This document shows, piece by piece, positions 13,261 to 26,600 of a stretch of 64,000 bases of DNA. The stretch lies in the NCBI RefSeq assembly GCF_964355755.1, contig NC_092672.1, positions 12,648,001-12,712,000 of the forward strand, written 5' to 3'. The notes beneath the pieces were generated by a model that had not been told where the DNA came from, made no database searches, and worked only from the letters and a program-made list of their open reading frames with translations. A program made the position numbers and the translations under genes. Source of the stretch: Antedon mediterranea (taxonomy: Eukaryota; Animalia; Echinodermata). Position 1 is the first letter of the stretch; each line of letters starts with the position of its first letter.

Positions 13261-13983
13261 AATAAAATCACATTCAAACGTTGAATACTTGAAACAAAGT
13301 CGGTGCATTTATTGGTTTTGTGCTTTCAGTTATCAGGTTTAGGCTATGTCTGCTAATACTAATAATAAACTTCCCCGCCCGGCATATTATAATAATAGCA
13401 TGGATTGTTATCACAAATCAGTAAATCTCAGTTTGAATGATTTTATTTTTACTGTGGAAAGTTATTTTATCTTCACCGTTCTAAAGTACAAATAATAATG
13501 TATAATTATAAAGTTTATTCAGGCATAATGTAAACAAACACTTGAAATTGATTAAAAACTTGAATATACAAGAGTATCCTATTTCCTAACGTTGTATAAA
13601 CAAAAATCATACTTACCTTTATTGTATCTATTATGGCTAAACAAAGGGAATATTTCAGATTCACAGATTATAAAATGAAATACCATTTGATGACACCAAA
13701 ACCATGATACACATACCAAACTGTATTTATAACAAGTATGATAGATACTAAGGACGGTTAAGTGAAAATTGAAGTTGTCCTCCGATGATATTAAGAATGG
13801 ATTTAAAAATGACGAAACAAAATGTTCTACCAACCGTGGATAGTCCAGCTTACCTTAAACGGTCATGAAAGTATAACTGGTCTGTACCTTGATTCGAATT
13901 TAAACAAACATAAAACCAAACAGCGCTTTGCCCTTTCCTATTGCAATATTTTTAATATTGTACTATTTAGAATAATTTAAGTA

Positions 13984-14180
13984 ACAATCAAGAAATGGAG
14001 ACGGACAGGACATCTTGCCAGAACGAAAGACAACATAATGTACACAATTTATCACGAAATGGACTCCAGGAACAGGCACACGAAGCCGATGAAGAGAAGG
14101 ATAAGGATGCTATTACACAGCCTTTGTTGGTTATATTGCATCAGACCAGAAAAGAAAAGAATAAGTGCAGCTTGGATATG
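13984..14180 (+). mobile_element. RTE-clade non-LTR retrotransposon 3' end, 5'-truncated and decayed
   Basis: Frameshifted translation IKKWRRTGHLARTKDN / ITKWTPGTGTRSR*R / RKE*VQLG matches the RTE ORF C-terminus pattern KW.WAGH.AR..D.RW...I.EW.P...R.RGR...W...R..W..LG. Confidence 0.7.
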
Positions 14181-14224
14181 ATGATGAAGATTATGATGAT
14201 GATGATGACAACGACGACGACGAC

Positions 14225-14260
<36 letters not shown>

Positions 14261-14359
14261 GACTATGATGATGAAGATGATGATGATGAAGATTTTTATA
14301 ATGATGAAAGAAAAGTATGGGTGGAGCTTGGATATGATGATGATGTTGATGATGAAGAC

Positions 14360-14391
<32 letters not shown>

Positions 14392-15056
14392 CGACGACGT
14401 CAACGACGGCGGCGACAATGATGATGATGATGATGATGATGATGACGACGACGACGACGACGATGATGAAGATGATAATGATGATGATGACGATGATGAT
14501 TATGAAGACTATGATGATGAAGAAGATGATGATGAAGATTTTGATAATGATGAAAGAAAAGTATGGGTGGAGCTTGGATATGTTGATGATGAAGACGATG
14601 ATGATGATGATGATGATGATGACGTCGACGACAACAACGACGATGACAATGATGATGATGATGATGATGACGACGACGACGATGATGATGATGATGACGA
14701 CGATGACGACGACGATGATGAAGACGACGACGGCGACGATGATGATGATGATGATGATGAAGACTATGATGATGATGATGATGAAGATTATGATGATGAT
14801 AATAATGATGATGATGACGATGATGATTATGAAGACTATAATGATGATGATGATGATAATGATGATGTTGATGATAATGATAATGATGATGATGATGATG
14901 ATGATGGTAAGAATGATGAGAAAGGTGATGATGGTGATGATGAGGATAAAAATAATAAAAATGATGAGAATGATAAAGAAGGGGATGATGAGAATTTTGA
15001 GATTATTGATGAGGATGATAATGATAAGAATGATGAAGATGAGAATGGTGATGGTA
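14179..15056 (+). repeat. Expanded (GAT/GAC)n microsatellite tail with re-duplicated RTE terminal segment
   Basis: About 880 bp of GAT/GAC/AAT triplets. The anchor GAAAGAAAAGTATGGGTGGAGCTTGGATAT recurs at ~14305 and ~14552 and matches the RTE end at ~14150-14178. Confidence 0.9.
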
Positions 15057-15609
15057 AATAGACATTGTGTATATCACATTTAATCATATTTTACTCTTTA
15101 TTATTGTAAATTTTTTTTTTTAATTTGTTTTTTTTAAATAAATTGTGGTATTCGTATTGTAATTATATTTAGTGGCTGAACCAGCAGTCTGTACATTTTT
15201 GTATTGCTGAGTATATACATTTGGCCTAATAGCATAAACATACTAATATTACAAAACCAGTTGGATATAATTTGGATAATTAATATAATGATTATGTATT
15301 ATAAGTGTAAAAGACCTATACTACCACCGACAATGATTTCAATCACTTTCAGGGTACCCTGTAGCATATGTTTGTATCTTGTATTATAGTTATGGCCGCA
15401 TATTATCATAATCATTATATTATTTTTCTATCAAGGCAAACAATTAAATAATTAATGTTCAGACTTGTAAAATGTCAGGTTTTCTCGTCAGTGCTGATGT
15501 TGGAGTGTTTGATCAGAAAGGTAAATGTATGATTTCGATGTAGTGCTGCTTCGTTTAATCACCAACATGTGTATGCTTGTTTACAATCATTTCATTTTTC
15601 TTATATTTT

Positions 15610-16560
15610 TTTCATTTTATAACATTTATTTACAATCTCTGACAAAAAATGAAAAATAAAATGCAAGAATATAATGATAACAGTTCAGAGATTGAAGGTA
15701 GATAATGGAGAAAAAATATCTCGTGGTGGGCGAGCCATAAGAAATAAATAAATAAATGAAGGGACAGTATGAAAAAGACAAGTTCAGGTCAAGACAAGAC
15801 TGTAAAAGAAGAATAACAGAAGATATGATTTTTTATTTTTATATACATTTTGGGAGGCTGAGTATAAAAATGAAGGGGGGTAGATTATTCCATAATAATA
15901 TGGGTCCGGAGTATTTATTTATTTATTTTTTTACCATATTTACTGAGGGTAGCCTATCCAGTTCCTAATAGAACTGATCATTCAGGGCCCTCGAAGTAGT
16001 ATGTACTACTTTGTTGAAATGAGGTGGTGTTATGGTTAGGTACACAAATATTAGTTACAAATCGTGTGTGGTGGTGATGGAGAGACGAGTTGAATGTTAT
16101 AGGATAGCAGAGGTGGTTAGGCAGGACATGGTTAATGTAGGAGAAGGCAAAATTACTGTGTTGGTTAAGATTAATATCATTGAGTTTCATAAGGGGAAGA
16201 CTCAGAATAAATTTGATGAGTTGGACAGTGGTGGTTTTCAAGATACAATCATGATAGCCTTTTTTGGAGAGTGTGAAGCTGTTTAAAGTTGATATGTGTT
16301 GGAAATCAGGAAGCAATACAGAATCCGTTAAATAAATTTGAGTAAATAAGATGATAACCTAAAAATCATACTAAGGCTTTTAGAGATGTTGTTTGCAGCC
16401 TCATCTATGTATGTTTTCCAGGTGAGACCGCTGTCTAGATAGACACCAAGAAATTTAGCAGATTTGACCGCGGGGATGTTAACATTGTCCAGAGTGATTG
16501 TATAAAGAGAAGGGTCAATGAAGTTACACTGTTTGTGATTATTAGCGACTTTTTTGGCAG
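15610..16560 (-). mobile_element. L2/CR1-group (Daphne/Crack-like) LINE 3' fragment, decayed
   Basis: ITLDNVNIPAVKSAKFLGVYLDSGLTWKTYIDEAANNISKSLSMIFRLS is the RT thumb motif KFLGV.LD..L.W..HI. Frameshifted KKAI.IVS and LMKLNDIN segments follow. Confidence 0.8.
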
Positions 16561-19404
16561 CGAAGTATTGAGATAACATGATTAAATGGGCGTTAGTAGT
16601 ATTAAATAGGTTGAAAAGGGGGCATAGTGTACCTTTAGTGGCAAACAACAATTATGAAGTATGGGTTCGCTTACGACCTTGCCGTCCATTTTTTTTTTTG
16701 TTCACTTACTTTAACAAAATATTCATTGCGTTATGAAAATGTATTGCATTGTACTACAAATTTGCATTATAGTTGTATTAAATAAGACATACATAAATTA
16801 CAATTCCTGCTTTCTAAATTCAATTCAGTTCTGCAGCGGGTAATATAAATGTAATATCTAGAAATATGTATATAATCATAGTTTTTAATTAGTTCAACAG
16901 CGATGGATATCCATCCTTAACGCCGGTAATGGTACATAATGTCTCAGGTTACGCCATTATGATAATATTTTGTGTAGTTATGATGACAGCTACCGCGTAA
17001 TGACTCAATTTACAGATACACAATGTACAATTCACTTAAAGTGAAAAACTGGAAATAATAATTAGAGATTATTTCGATGCTATACTTCTTGCTTTTGTAT
17101 TTAATCATTATATTAAGTTTTTATTTTTTATAACAACTAACAAGCCCTTTTAATAATCAGTGTAATTATAATTTGAATTTAATTCAAAATGCTCATTAAA
17201 TTGTATAATTACAAATTTTTTTAATGGAAACTTAGGTTGGCTATTTTGAATAATCTTAAAAGGCAAGGAATGGCAGTCCTTTCAAGTGACCGAAGCTGAC
17301 CCGACCCTCTTTGAAATATGCACCTGAAATGAAATCATGAATACTGTAATGACGAAGATATTAGCAGAAATTAACATCTAAAAATATAAGCAATATACTT
17401 ATATTATTATATACTTAATACGAAAGAAACTCAAAGTATTTTTTTATTTCAATACAGCACTAGAGTACAGATTAGAGTGATTTATCTTGATTAAAATTTT
17501 ATATAATAATTATATTCAAAGGTTCAGCATACGGGCTTCCAATTAAAGTGTTGTTTATCCATAAACTATTCATAGATATTATTTATTTGAAACTATCGTA
17601 CATACATAAATAATTGTAGTCGTAATTTATCAATATGAAAGCGAGCGAGGATTAATAATGAAGTTTGAGAATATACGATACTATTCAGTAACCAATACAT
17701 AATACATGTATATATAATACATGCACATAATGTACATTACAGGCGACTTAATCTATGAAGGCAGCTCAACTCATTTTCTTTGTCTTTTGTAAGAAACACT
17801 CAACTTCCATTTCTGAGCATTTTGTAATAATATTCCTTGTAACATACCGTCTTTCAATAAAAAGAAAAGTTTCTTTGCAACAGGAATTGCTATTTTTTGC
17901 TGTTGCGTATATTTTAAAAAACCCGATGTACAGTAAAACTGCGACGTAATTACACAACAAGAAGTTTTTCGGAACTTTTATTGCTGTAAATACATTTACA
18001 GACCTAGGCCTTATTATCTTTATGGGATTTGTGTTTGATAGAGCCTATGTCATAGACCTATAATATAAAATCAGCCCAACGTTAGACCATGATTTTTTAA
18101 TTAATGTAAATCATGCCGTAAAAACGTTCATCATCAACAATGGTAACCAATGTTTTTAATGAATATTGAGAAAAACTTCAAAAAGAACCCTTGAATTCCG
18201 TCAAAAGGAAACACATCTATAAAAAAAATTAAATAATTGGTACTAATTCATGTTTTAGAACATATAATTCAATCTTGTTAGGGAAATATCAATTGGATTA
18301 CTTACATATCACTGATGTTTTTCTAAATCTATATAATTATTAATAATAAAACACATGTTATCATAAATATGTCTCATTCACATTAAATATATCACTTACA
18401 TTAGTCATATTTGTTTTTATCATAACTATGGAATATTTGAGACAACAGCGTGTTTTAGAAACAACAGCGAGATATTGCACATGTAATACATACACTCTAA
18501 TTTCGTTTTGTCTTCTCTCAACATTTATTCGACAAATAAATAAAATAAATCAGGTCAATTAATTTGTTTATGAAAATGTTGTCATACATAGAAATATAAT
18601 GTTTCTTAATGTTCTTAAGAGAAACAGATAAAGAAATACTAGTGGTCATAGAAGAATTTTGTAAATTTACGTTTTTCCATTCAAATTTGTTGTTGCTATG
18701 AAAATCGGGAGAACCTAAACTCTCAGTTACTGTAGCCATAATTTTATTACGTTTGGAAAACGACACCTTTTCATCGAAGCTGACAATATGCAATTGAAAC
18801 AGATAAGCTATAAGCGACTTAAAGCAAAACTTGCTTTCTTTCGAATCATCCCTGTCACCAACTAAAGACGATACGAAAAAAACATGAAGCTTTATCGCCG
18901 CCGGTAGCACTCAAGAATACTAATTACATTCAAATCTCCTATTTCAAATTCATTTCCCTTTTAAATCGACGTATAGTAATCCACAATGCTTTTATTGCAC
19001 CGATGCGGTATTATTGTCATCAGTGGTGTCTCAGTTTAATTGAATCGTCAAGCGTACTAGAGGGGAAAACAACATACAGCAGTTGTAGTATTGTTACGAC
19101 CAGAGTTGTGTGTTGCTTTGGTTTTCTAAGGAAATCTGATTTTAAAACAGTTTTAAAAGTAAACTTCAATATACTTATTGTCGTATTGTTGGTACATGTG
19201 CTAAGCTTGAGTTGAAACGGCTTGGTTATACGCGTAGACTATTTAAATCAATTCGACTTCGAATCCTCATCTTGTCTGTGTTTGTTCTTGTTTGGAAAGG
19301 AGCTCTTGTACACAAACGGATTTAACTTGCATATGGAATTTTAATACCACCAGTATAGAGTGTATGTTTGTTAATTAGTGAGCAGAATTGGTAGGTATGA
19401 AGAT

Positions 19405-20658
19405 ATGGGTTTCTCGATTATATTTGTTACATTAATGTACATCAAACTGACCATTGGATTTGAAACAATTGAAACAAGTGCAATAGAAGGTCGGAATCTT
19501 GTATGGAATTGTGGCTTCGAAGACATTGAAGAAGAACAGAAATTAAAATGGGGAGGGTATGATAAAAAAACAGATAATATCAAAGAAGAATATTTAAATT
19601 CAGCTCAACAAGCTACGTTAGTATTTAAACCTGTGTCTCGAGATGATGCGGGTATATATACATGTTCTATCGTTGATAATCATAACAAAAATGAGTTAGT
19701 ACGTAAATATAAACTTAATGTCATCAACATTCCTCTTAAAAGATACCCTTCGTGTAATTCCATCGGACCTTTTATTCAAGACAGGGAGGCCACAATATCG
19801 TGCTGTTCTGAGATTACAGATCCAGTGGCTTCGTTTACTTGGACCAGAAATGGTTTTTTAGTACAGAACGGTGATGCCATACAAGAGCGCGGTGTAATTT
19901 GCAATTATTACAAATTTGCTGTCAATATCAATCATGATAATTCAGTATTTAATTGCACAATGTCACAAAAGTATGTGGCTAAGCCACGAAGTTGTACGGT
20001 AGGACCATTATATGTAAAATACAAACCAGTAGTAACATTGACTTACGTCAATATCACAATTGGAAGAAAGGCTATTATTACATGCGACGCAAAAGCTAAT
20101 CCTAATCCATTAAACTATGAATGGCAAACGTCACCTAGTCGTAAATACAATAAGTTAACGAACCATGTTATAGAGATTGAAAATCCAAGTAAAGAACTGA
20201 ATGGGACTGTTATTAAATGTATTGTCCATAATGAGATTGGCAGTTCTAGTAGCAGCTTTGTTGTGCACATTCCTCCTAGTCCGGACGAAGGAACTGTCGG
20301 CGGCAGTAAAGGTTCACCGAAGGATACTAAACAACATGCAAGCGTTTTGTCTACCGTACTGCTTATCGCAGGTTCATGCACAATGATTGCCCTTTTACTT
20401 ATGATCTTGCCTTTGTGTTACTGTTTCTTCAGTCCTCGTCATAACTTAGACTACTTTGGTCGATTCGTGCCACAACCTGAAGTGTATTTCCAACCTAAAG
20501 AACTTGAAAGAACAGAACGTCGAGACACTCCGACACATCGTGTACCAAAGCGGTCGTGTGCAGTCCAGGTTCCCGAGGACATCATGTCTTTCTATGCGGA
20601 GTTACCCTGTAGTGGTGGTGGTGGTGGAGTTGAAGAAGAATTTGTAGACAAAGTATGA
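19405..20658 (+). CDS. Type I membrane Ig-superfamily receptor (signal peptide, 3 Ig domains, TM, ITIM-bearing tail), uninterrupted CDS, 417 aa; Kirrel/nectin/CADM-like architecture
   Basis: Open frame from ATG 19405 (the track's GTG start was rejected). Signal MGFSIIFVTLMYIKLTIG. Ig1 C..W...LVFKPVSRDDAGIYTC. Ig2 ISCCSEITDPVASFTW...DNSVFNC. Ig3 ITCDAKANP...YEW...NGTVIKCIVHNEIG. TM VLLIAGSCTMIALLLMILPLC. Tail contains SFYAEL. Confidence 0.93.
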   Translation: MGFSIIFVTLMYIKLTIGFETIETSAIEGRNLVWNCGFEDIEEEQKLKWGGYDKKTDNIKEEYLNSAQQATLVFKPVSRDDAGIYTCSIVDNHNKNELVRKYKLNVINIPLKRYPSCNSIGPFIQDREATISCCSEITDPVASFTWTRNGFLVQNGDAIQERGVICNYYKFAVNINHDNSVFNCTMSQKYVAKPRSCTVGPLYVKYKPVVTLTYVNITIGRKAIITCDAKANPNPLNYEWQTSPSRKYNKLTNHVIEIENPSKELNGTVIKCIVHNEIGSSSSSFVVHIPPSPDEGTVGGSKGSPKDTKQHASVLSTVLLIAGSCTMIALLLMILPLCYCFFSPRHNLDYFGRFVPQPEVYFQPKELERTERRDTPTHRVPKRSCAVQVPEDIMSFYAELPCSGGGGGVEEEFVDKV

Positions 20659-23600
20659 TTTATAGATTATTGTAGTATTGTTACATTAAAACAAGAGAGA
20701 GATGTTTTCATATTAATGGGGCCGATTTTCTGTACTGTTTCTATCACAGAAAAATTCCAGTCATCTTCCCATAGACCATACTTAACAGTACATGATGCAG
20801 GCACCACACGCGGTACACTTTGGATGCTGTTTTTACAGAATGTTCATGTAATATTAAATAGTGTAGTATGTGAGATACAGCACCGATAATCTGATAGTTC
20901 ATAGTATCATATAATATTACAACATTAACAATGTGTGTCCACTCGGCTGGTCTAAACTTATGTCAGTTCCACGACTTTAATACGCTTATTTTTGTTGTAT
21001 ATATTATTGTTATATAACCAATGTGATCTGTTATAAGTTTGCACTGTAGTGCAAAGTGAGGTATAAGAAGAAGAAGAATCAAGTATAGTTATTCGACTTG
21101 AAATTCCAAATTCTTATTCTTTTTTATATAATTAATATACTAATTGTTACCGCTGTTGACTTTTAAAGATGTATATGATTTTAAAAAGCTGATAGTCATA
21201 ATTAAACTTTGGCTGACTAAACTGCTATTTCAGTTGTATTCGTAGTTACCATGTGAATTATATTAATGCAAATGTCATAAGATACAACTTTACTGACAAT
21301 TTAATTTAAATACAGTAACATAAGAGAATGATAGATGTATTATAACATTTAGTTGTGAGTTAAATTGAAATATTTAATATATTAATTTGTATCATAATTC
21401 TGAATAATAACTATCACAATTTTTACAAAGTATCATAAGATGTATTTGTTTATTTAATATAGATCAAGGAAATAACATTTGATTTTTTCGAAGAGTTGTC
21501 ATATCTATTTTTTAGTTATATTTGGCACTAGAACCGGTACTTTAGCGTAAACTGTATCCGGTTGCGTATTATAAGAACGTTTAAAAGTAATGTTGAGTGC
21601 TATTGACGCCTATGATAAATATTCTAGTATCTTAATGTAGCTTAAAACTTCCTGGTAATATTACATGTATGATATCGGATTAGATAAAGAAAGTATTCTT
21701 TATTGAAAGATTGTGTTGACACTATTGAATAGATAATGTTGAATATGTAAACCATAATCTTACAATTAACATCTTTGCCATTAGTGTTTATCAATACCAA
21801 AGTTATACACAGAAAATAGGCGTGTAATTACACTCTAACATAAATCTTTAAAGAAGAGGCCGAATTTCAATTCCATATCACGCATACAATGTTGGACTTG
21901 TAAATAAATCAACTTTCTTTTATTATATAGGCCTATGTTTTTCCTTAATAGTATAATCAATGAGTTGTTAGAAACTGCTCACTGGTATAATGGTGAAAGA
22001 GGCGTCATAATTGTACGCCATGTTTTCAATTTTTTTATTCATCTCGAATCGAACTGTTATTACTACTGTATCACACACGTAATAACAGTAAAACAGTTAA
22101 GTATACTGAGGGTTGGTAGGTGGGTTGTGGGTGGTATTATGCTAACATCCATTTGTTCTTCAACAATCGAATCACAGTGATAACGTTATATTTCTACCTT
22201 CTTTACGTATTTAGTATTTCTTTCAATGCTTCTTATTTCGATAACATAAATTATTCGTATATGAAATAATAATTATACAGACACGATAAAGTTACAGTTG
22301 CGGATGGATAACTCCATAGACATACGACACTTGGATTTAATGAAACCGATGAAACAATCAGATTATTTCAGCTTCGAAAATGATATTTTCATAATGCATT
22401 GATAACTAAAATAAGAAAAAACATAATATTCTAATAAATATGATATTTTTGTTCAAGAATTTAACATTGAAATGGTACCCCTGTTATGGCAAATACTTGA
22501 TAAACAGAATCCGGATAATAATACATAGACTATAGACTATGAACCTTGACTCGGCATAGTCCTAAAATATTGTTTTCTAAAAAAAAAAATCCAAAAAAAA
22601 TTGCCTTTTTCTACAAGTAAAACAAAAACATAATTTGATATTCATTATTATTTTAACTATATTATTTTTCTTAATTTTGTTGAAGTTTATTTTTTTACCG
22701 AATACATACATTTCTTTGGTTTGTGATTCAGGGAAGGAGACGTTTCGAGCAATGTACGTGTCGTGTAAGATGTTACTGCGAATCTCGGTAATTCTTCATA
22801 AAGTTCGATTAGAATGCATAGGCTACGTTTTACTGAAAAACAGAATCAATGAAAATATATTCAGCCTTCTGAAAATATTCTAAAATAATATTTTACCGTC
22901 GAAACTCTAGATTAATGCTAAATAATGTGCTCGTTAACGGCATGGATTACAGAAATGATGCATATTCAGCTTATCAATTGTTATGTACCGTCGTTAAGTT
23001 ATCTTTTCTAGTCGGTAGAACTGGAGAGAAATTAGCAATCAATATATACCATGTGGCTCAGACGCTATGTACATTGTATAGCTACAGCGGACAAATTATC
23101 CCGTTAATTTGGTTTTGAAAGTGCATGTTAGATTTGAACCAACCAATAAGTGTATATTATTACTTCATAATTCATTCGTTACCAAGACAACTAATTCTAT
23201 TAGTTTTTCTATATTGTTATCATGCCAATTGTTTGTTTAGAATGAACCCAATCAGGGAAGTAATGAGAATATAATCACGACTATAGTGATTCGCGTGACT
23301 GATAATTGTAATGGTGGTCATCTCTAACAAAAACTGTAGAGATTGTTAATGGCAATGACGGTAACAGGGACATCCGTATTACATTTGTGTCAGTGTTATA
23401 AATCTAAAACTAAATATTAACTTATTCTAACTTCCCTGAATAATAATTTTTAAAAGACATCGTCGTGGTTCGAATCCATGTATTTCGATTGTGAAGCTAG
23501 CACTTAATTACCTTTCATAAATTAAAGTGTTAGACATTGTAGAAAGATTGTAGTCAGCAGACAACAAGAAACTATAATATACTGTTTTCTGTGGCTAGAC

Positions 23601-26600
23601 TTGATACCGTATGAGAATCACATGGAAATAATTGCACAATTTTATAATTAATAATTTGAAATTAAATATAAAGTAGCCTATGTTGTACGATTTATATATT
23701 TTTTTTATGTTTATTGCCTTGTTTTCGTGTGTGTTGGTTGAGTTAAATCTGTTTCGTAGCAAGCATTTAACCGCGCGTAAGGCTATACTAATTATTTTCA
23801 TATAGTTCCCTATAATAGTCTCTTATACGCGGTGCAATTTTAGCACCAATTGGTATATTTTTCTAGAAGAATGAACTTAACTAGACTGTCTATGCTGAAT
23901 ATGAATATAACATTGTGCTTATTTATCAGTTTCTTAACGGTTATTTTAGTATAATAATACGTAAACATTTAAACAAAACGTGCTCAGTCATTAGAATCAG
24001 TAATTCTTTGAATACTAATAATAATATCATCTTTATTATTTTGTGTCTTGGTTAAAAAATAACGAACCATGAGAAGTTACAAAATGATATATGCAACTTT
24101 AACTACACTGATATCACTTTTCTTTTATTACGTCTCGTTACCGACTGAACGCGTCGTACCATGAACATTAAGTGATCTGTAACAATATATTAGTTTGCTA
24201 TCATGATATCGAAAGCTATTCCAAATCGAACCTTCTCAGTGTGTGTCGGCATCGTAGAAATGGGGCAACTCATAGTATTAAATGGAATATATTTGAATAT
24301 ATTCATATCCAGTATAAAATATCGTAATAACGAGAAGATCCAATGCCATCATTATTATAATTTCAATTCATGATATAGGCCTAGATGTATAATCAGTGTA
24401 ATTCACTTTTATTCAGCTAAATGAATCGCTAATTGCCATACGGTGCACTAATTACCAATGATTACACGAGTCTTATCATTCGCAATTAGTTATGTATGTC
24501 TTACTGTTATAAATTATTTGTAAATCTCATAGACCTTTGTACTTATCCTAATTGGATACTGTGAAATCACTCGTAACACGGTATAGGTCTAATCATATAT
24601 CTACAATTTGTAATTATTTTAAAAGGTAGAGTTTTGCATTGAAATGACCAACTACTGGTTATTTTGTAATTATATGTCATAACAAATGTATACCAATATT
24701 TTAAAACGCAAGCTTACCAAAAATATACAAAGTTTGTGAAGATAACGTAACAACTGTCAACGATTTGTTCTTCAGAGTAATGCAGTACAATGGATAATAA
24801 AACATTAGAAAAACAGTAATAAGTTCCCTTTGTTTTTCTTTTCAAGTATTGTGGATTATAAAGATTATAGTATGATAATCACAAAGCATTAAAATATTCT
24901 CATATCGCCAGTATAAACATATGAAGAAAAATTAGCTACAATTAAGCATTACAATAACACAGCAAAAATGGAAATATTGTCTTTTGAACAGCGTTTATGA
25001 TTTATCTGGCCATCAAATATTTTTATTGAAATGTAGCATAGCAACAAAGGAAAGGATGAATTCATACGTCAAAGATAGAAAAACATAATAACAAATCAGT
25101 AGCTATAATAATTAAACACTGTAATAAAACAACCAACATGTTTATTCTACAATCCCTGTTGAGATTTATACGACCATTTGTAATTTTAATTATACGAAAA
25201 GGATTATTGGAGATGCCATCATGTCCTACGGTAAGAATGGGCTAATTATTGTAAGTAACTTATCAGAAGATAATTTATATATTTTTTTAAAACTTTCATT
25301 GTAACGCAAACGGATTTTTAATAAACACTGAAAGCCATAACAACTGTAACACATGTTGAAGCTATCACACATACTAAGTAACGGTACGGTATAAGTGATA
25401 TTTGAAAATTTATCAAACACTATGTCTTCTTATTAAAACAGTGTCATAATACAAATTAAAAATATGGGGCCTACAGGCTATTATTTATGTTTGTAACTCT
25501 GTATCTACATTTCAATAGATTAAACAAACTATATTAAATTTTTTTTGTGAATGATTATTAGAAATGGTAATATAGCTGGGTAGAAATTTAGGATGACGGA
25601 TTAGAAAATAACTTGTTTGTGTAATACATTACTCATGTTGGAAATGCTGACAGTATAGTGATAAATGACGACAAATGATGATATTTATGATGATAGGAGG
25701 ATGGTTTCGGGTAATAACGATATTGAAAACTGTGTTATTGACACCAGAATCTCGAATATGAATTTTTATGCTTTGTGCCAAATTCTATTTATGATTTTAA
25801 CACGGGTTTTTCAGAAATTTAAATCTGAAACCTTGATATTTTTTAGGTGATTATATATCATAATATTTGAAAGATTGATGATATGTGTGATAATAAAAAC
25901 CCCAACATGGTGATTATAATTATAACGATGACGAATACAACATATAGTTTATATTTTACAGACTGATAAAATTAGTTTATCAGGTTGTGGATCTGTAGCC
26001 TGGTGGTGGTTAACGTACTTGTAATGCAAAGGTTCAATCATGAGCTAGTGCCAGGGTTGTAACTCACGACTCTTTCAACATCCACTCTTTAAGCATCAAT
26101 AATGAGAGTTTATAAGCACTATACAATATAAATAGTTTATCCATCCTGTAATTGGCGAAGTTGTGCTCGCTGCTGGATGCGTATGAAATAACAAATATAA
26201 AAAATAAAATCATCCAGTTAAAATTATGACTGATTATTCGTGAAGAATAGATAGGGAATGGTAACATTCATGGCTTTGGGACGGAGGAACTTTATAAACA
26301 AATAATTATATCTGCATAATGGAAAACATTTGTATACGCATTTATATAAGCATAAGATGAGAATGGTGAACGTCGATTATAATGCCATCCCAATCCATTC
26401 ATAAAACATTCGAACGAAGCGTGCTGCAGTGAAATATTAATCTTACACACACAGCACAGTCAAATGGGAGAAACCGTTCGGGTCGTATCTTTCACCTCAT
26501 TTTCGCAAAATAGTAGAGAGTCTGCCTAATGCCAATTTACATAGACGAGCGGTGAGGATAATCGGAAAGTCACGTAATCGTCCCACGTAGAATACAGTAT

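Noticed and set aside
13995-15083. 362-aa poly-Met ORF, overlapping 298-aa poly-Asp ORF and antisense poly-Ser ORF as genes
   Set aside because: (GAT)n is inherently open in the ATG and GAT frames. The Asp frame is preceded by TAA, has no ATG or signal peptide, and its unique parts derive from an RTE 3' end.
18518-18910. 130-aa minus-strand ORF upstream of gene 1
   Set aside because: Non-ATG start, AT-rich low-complexity end and no recognisable motif.
19378-19404. GTG start for gene 1 (and TTG start 54265 for gene 2) from the ORF track
   Set aside because: These are eukaryotic genes, and the downstream ATGs at 19405 and 54304 begin the signal peptides.
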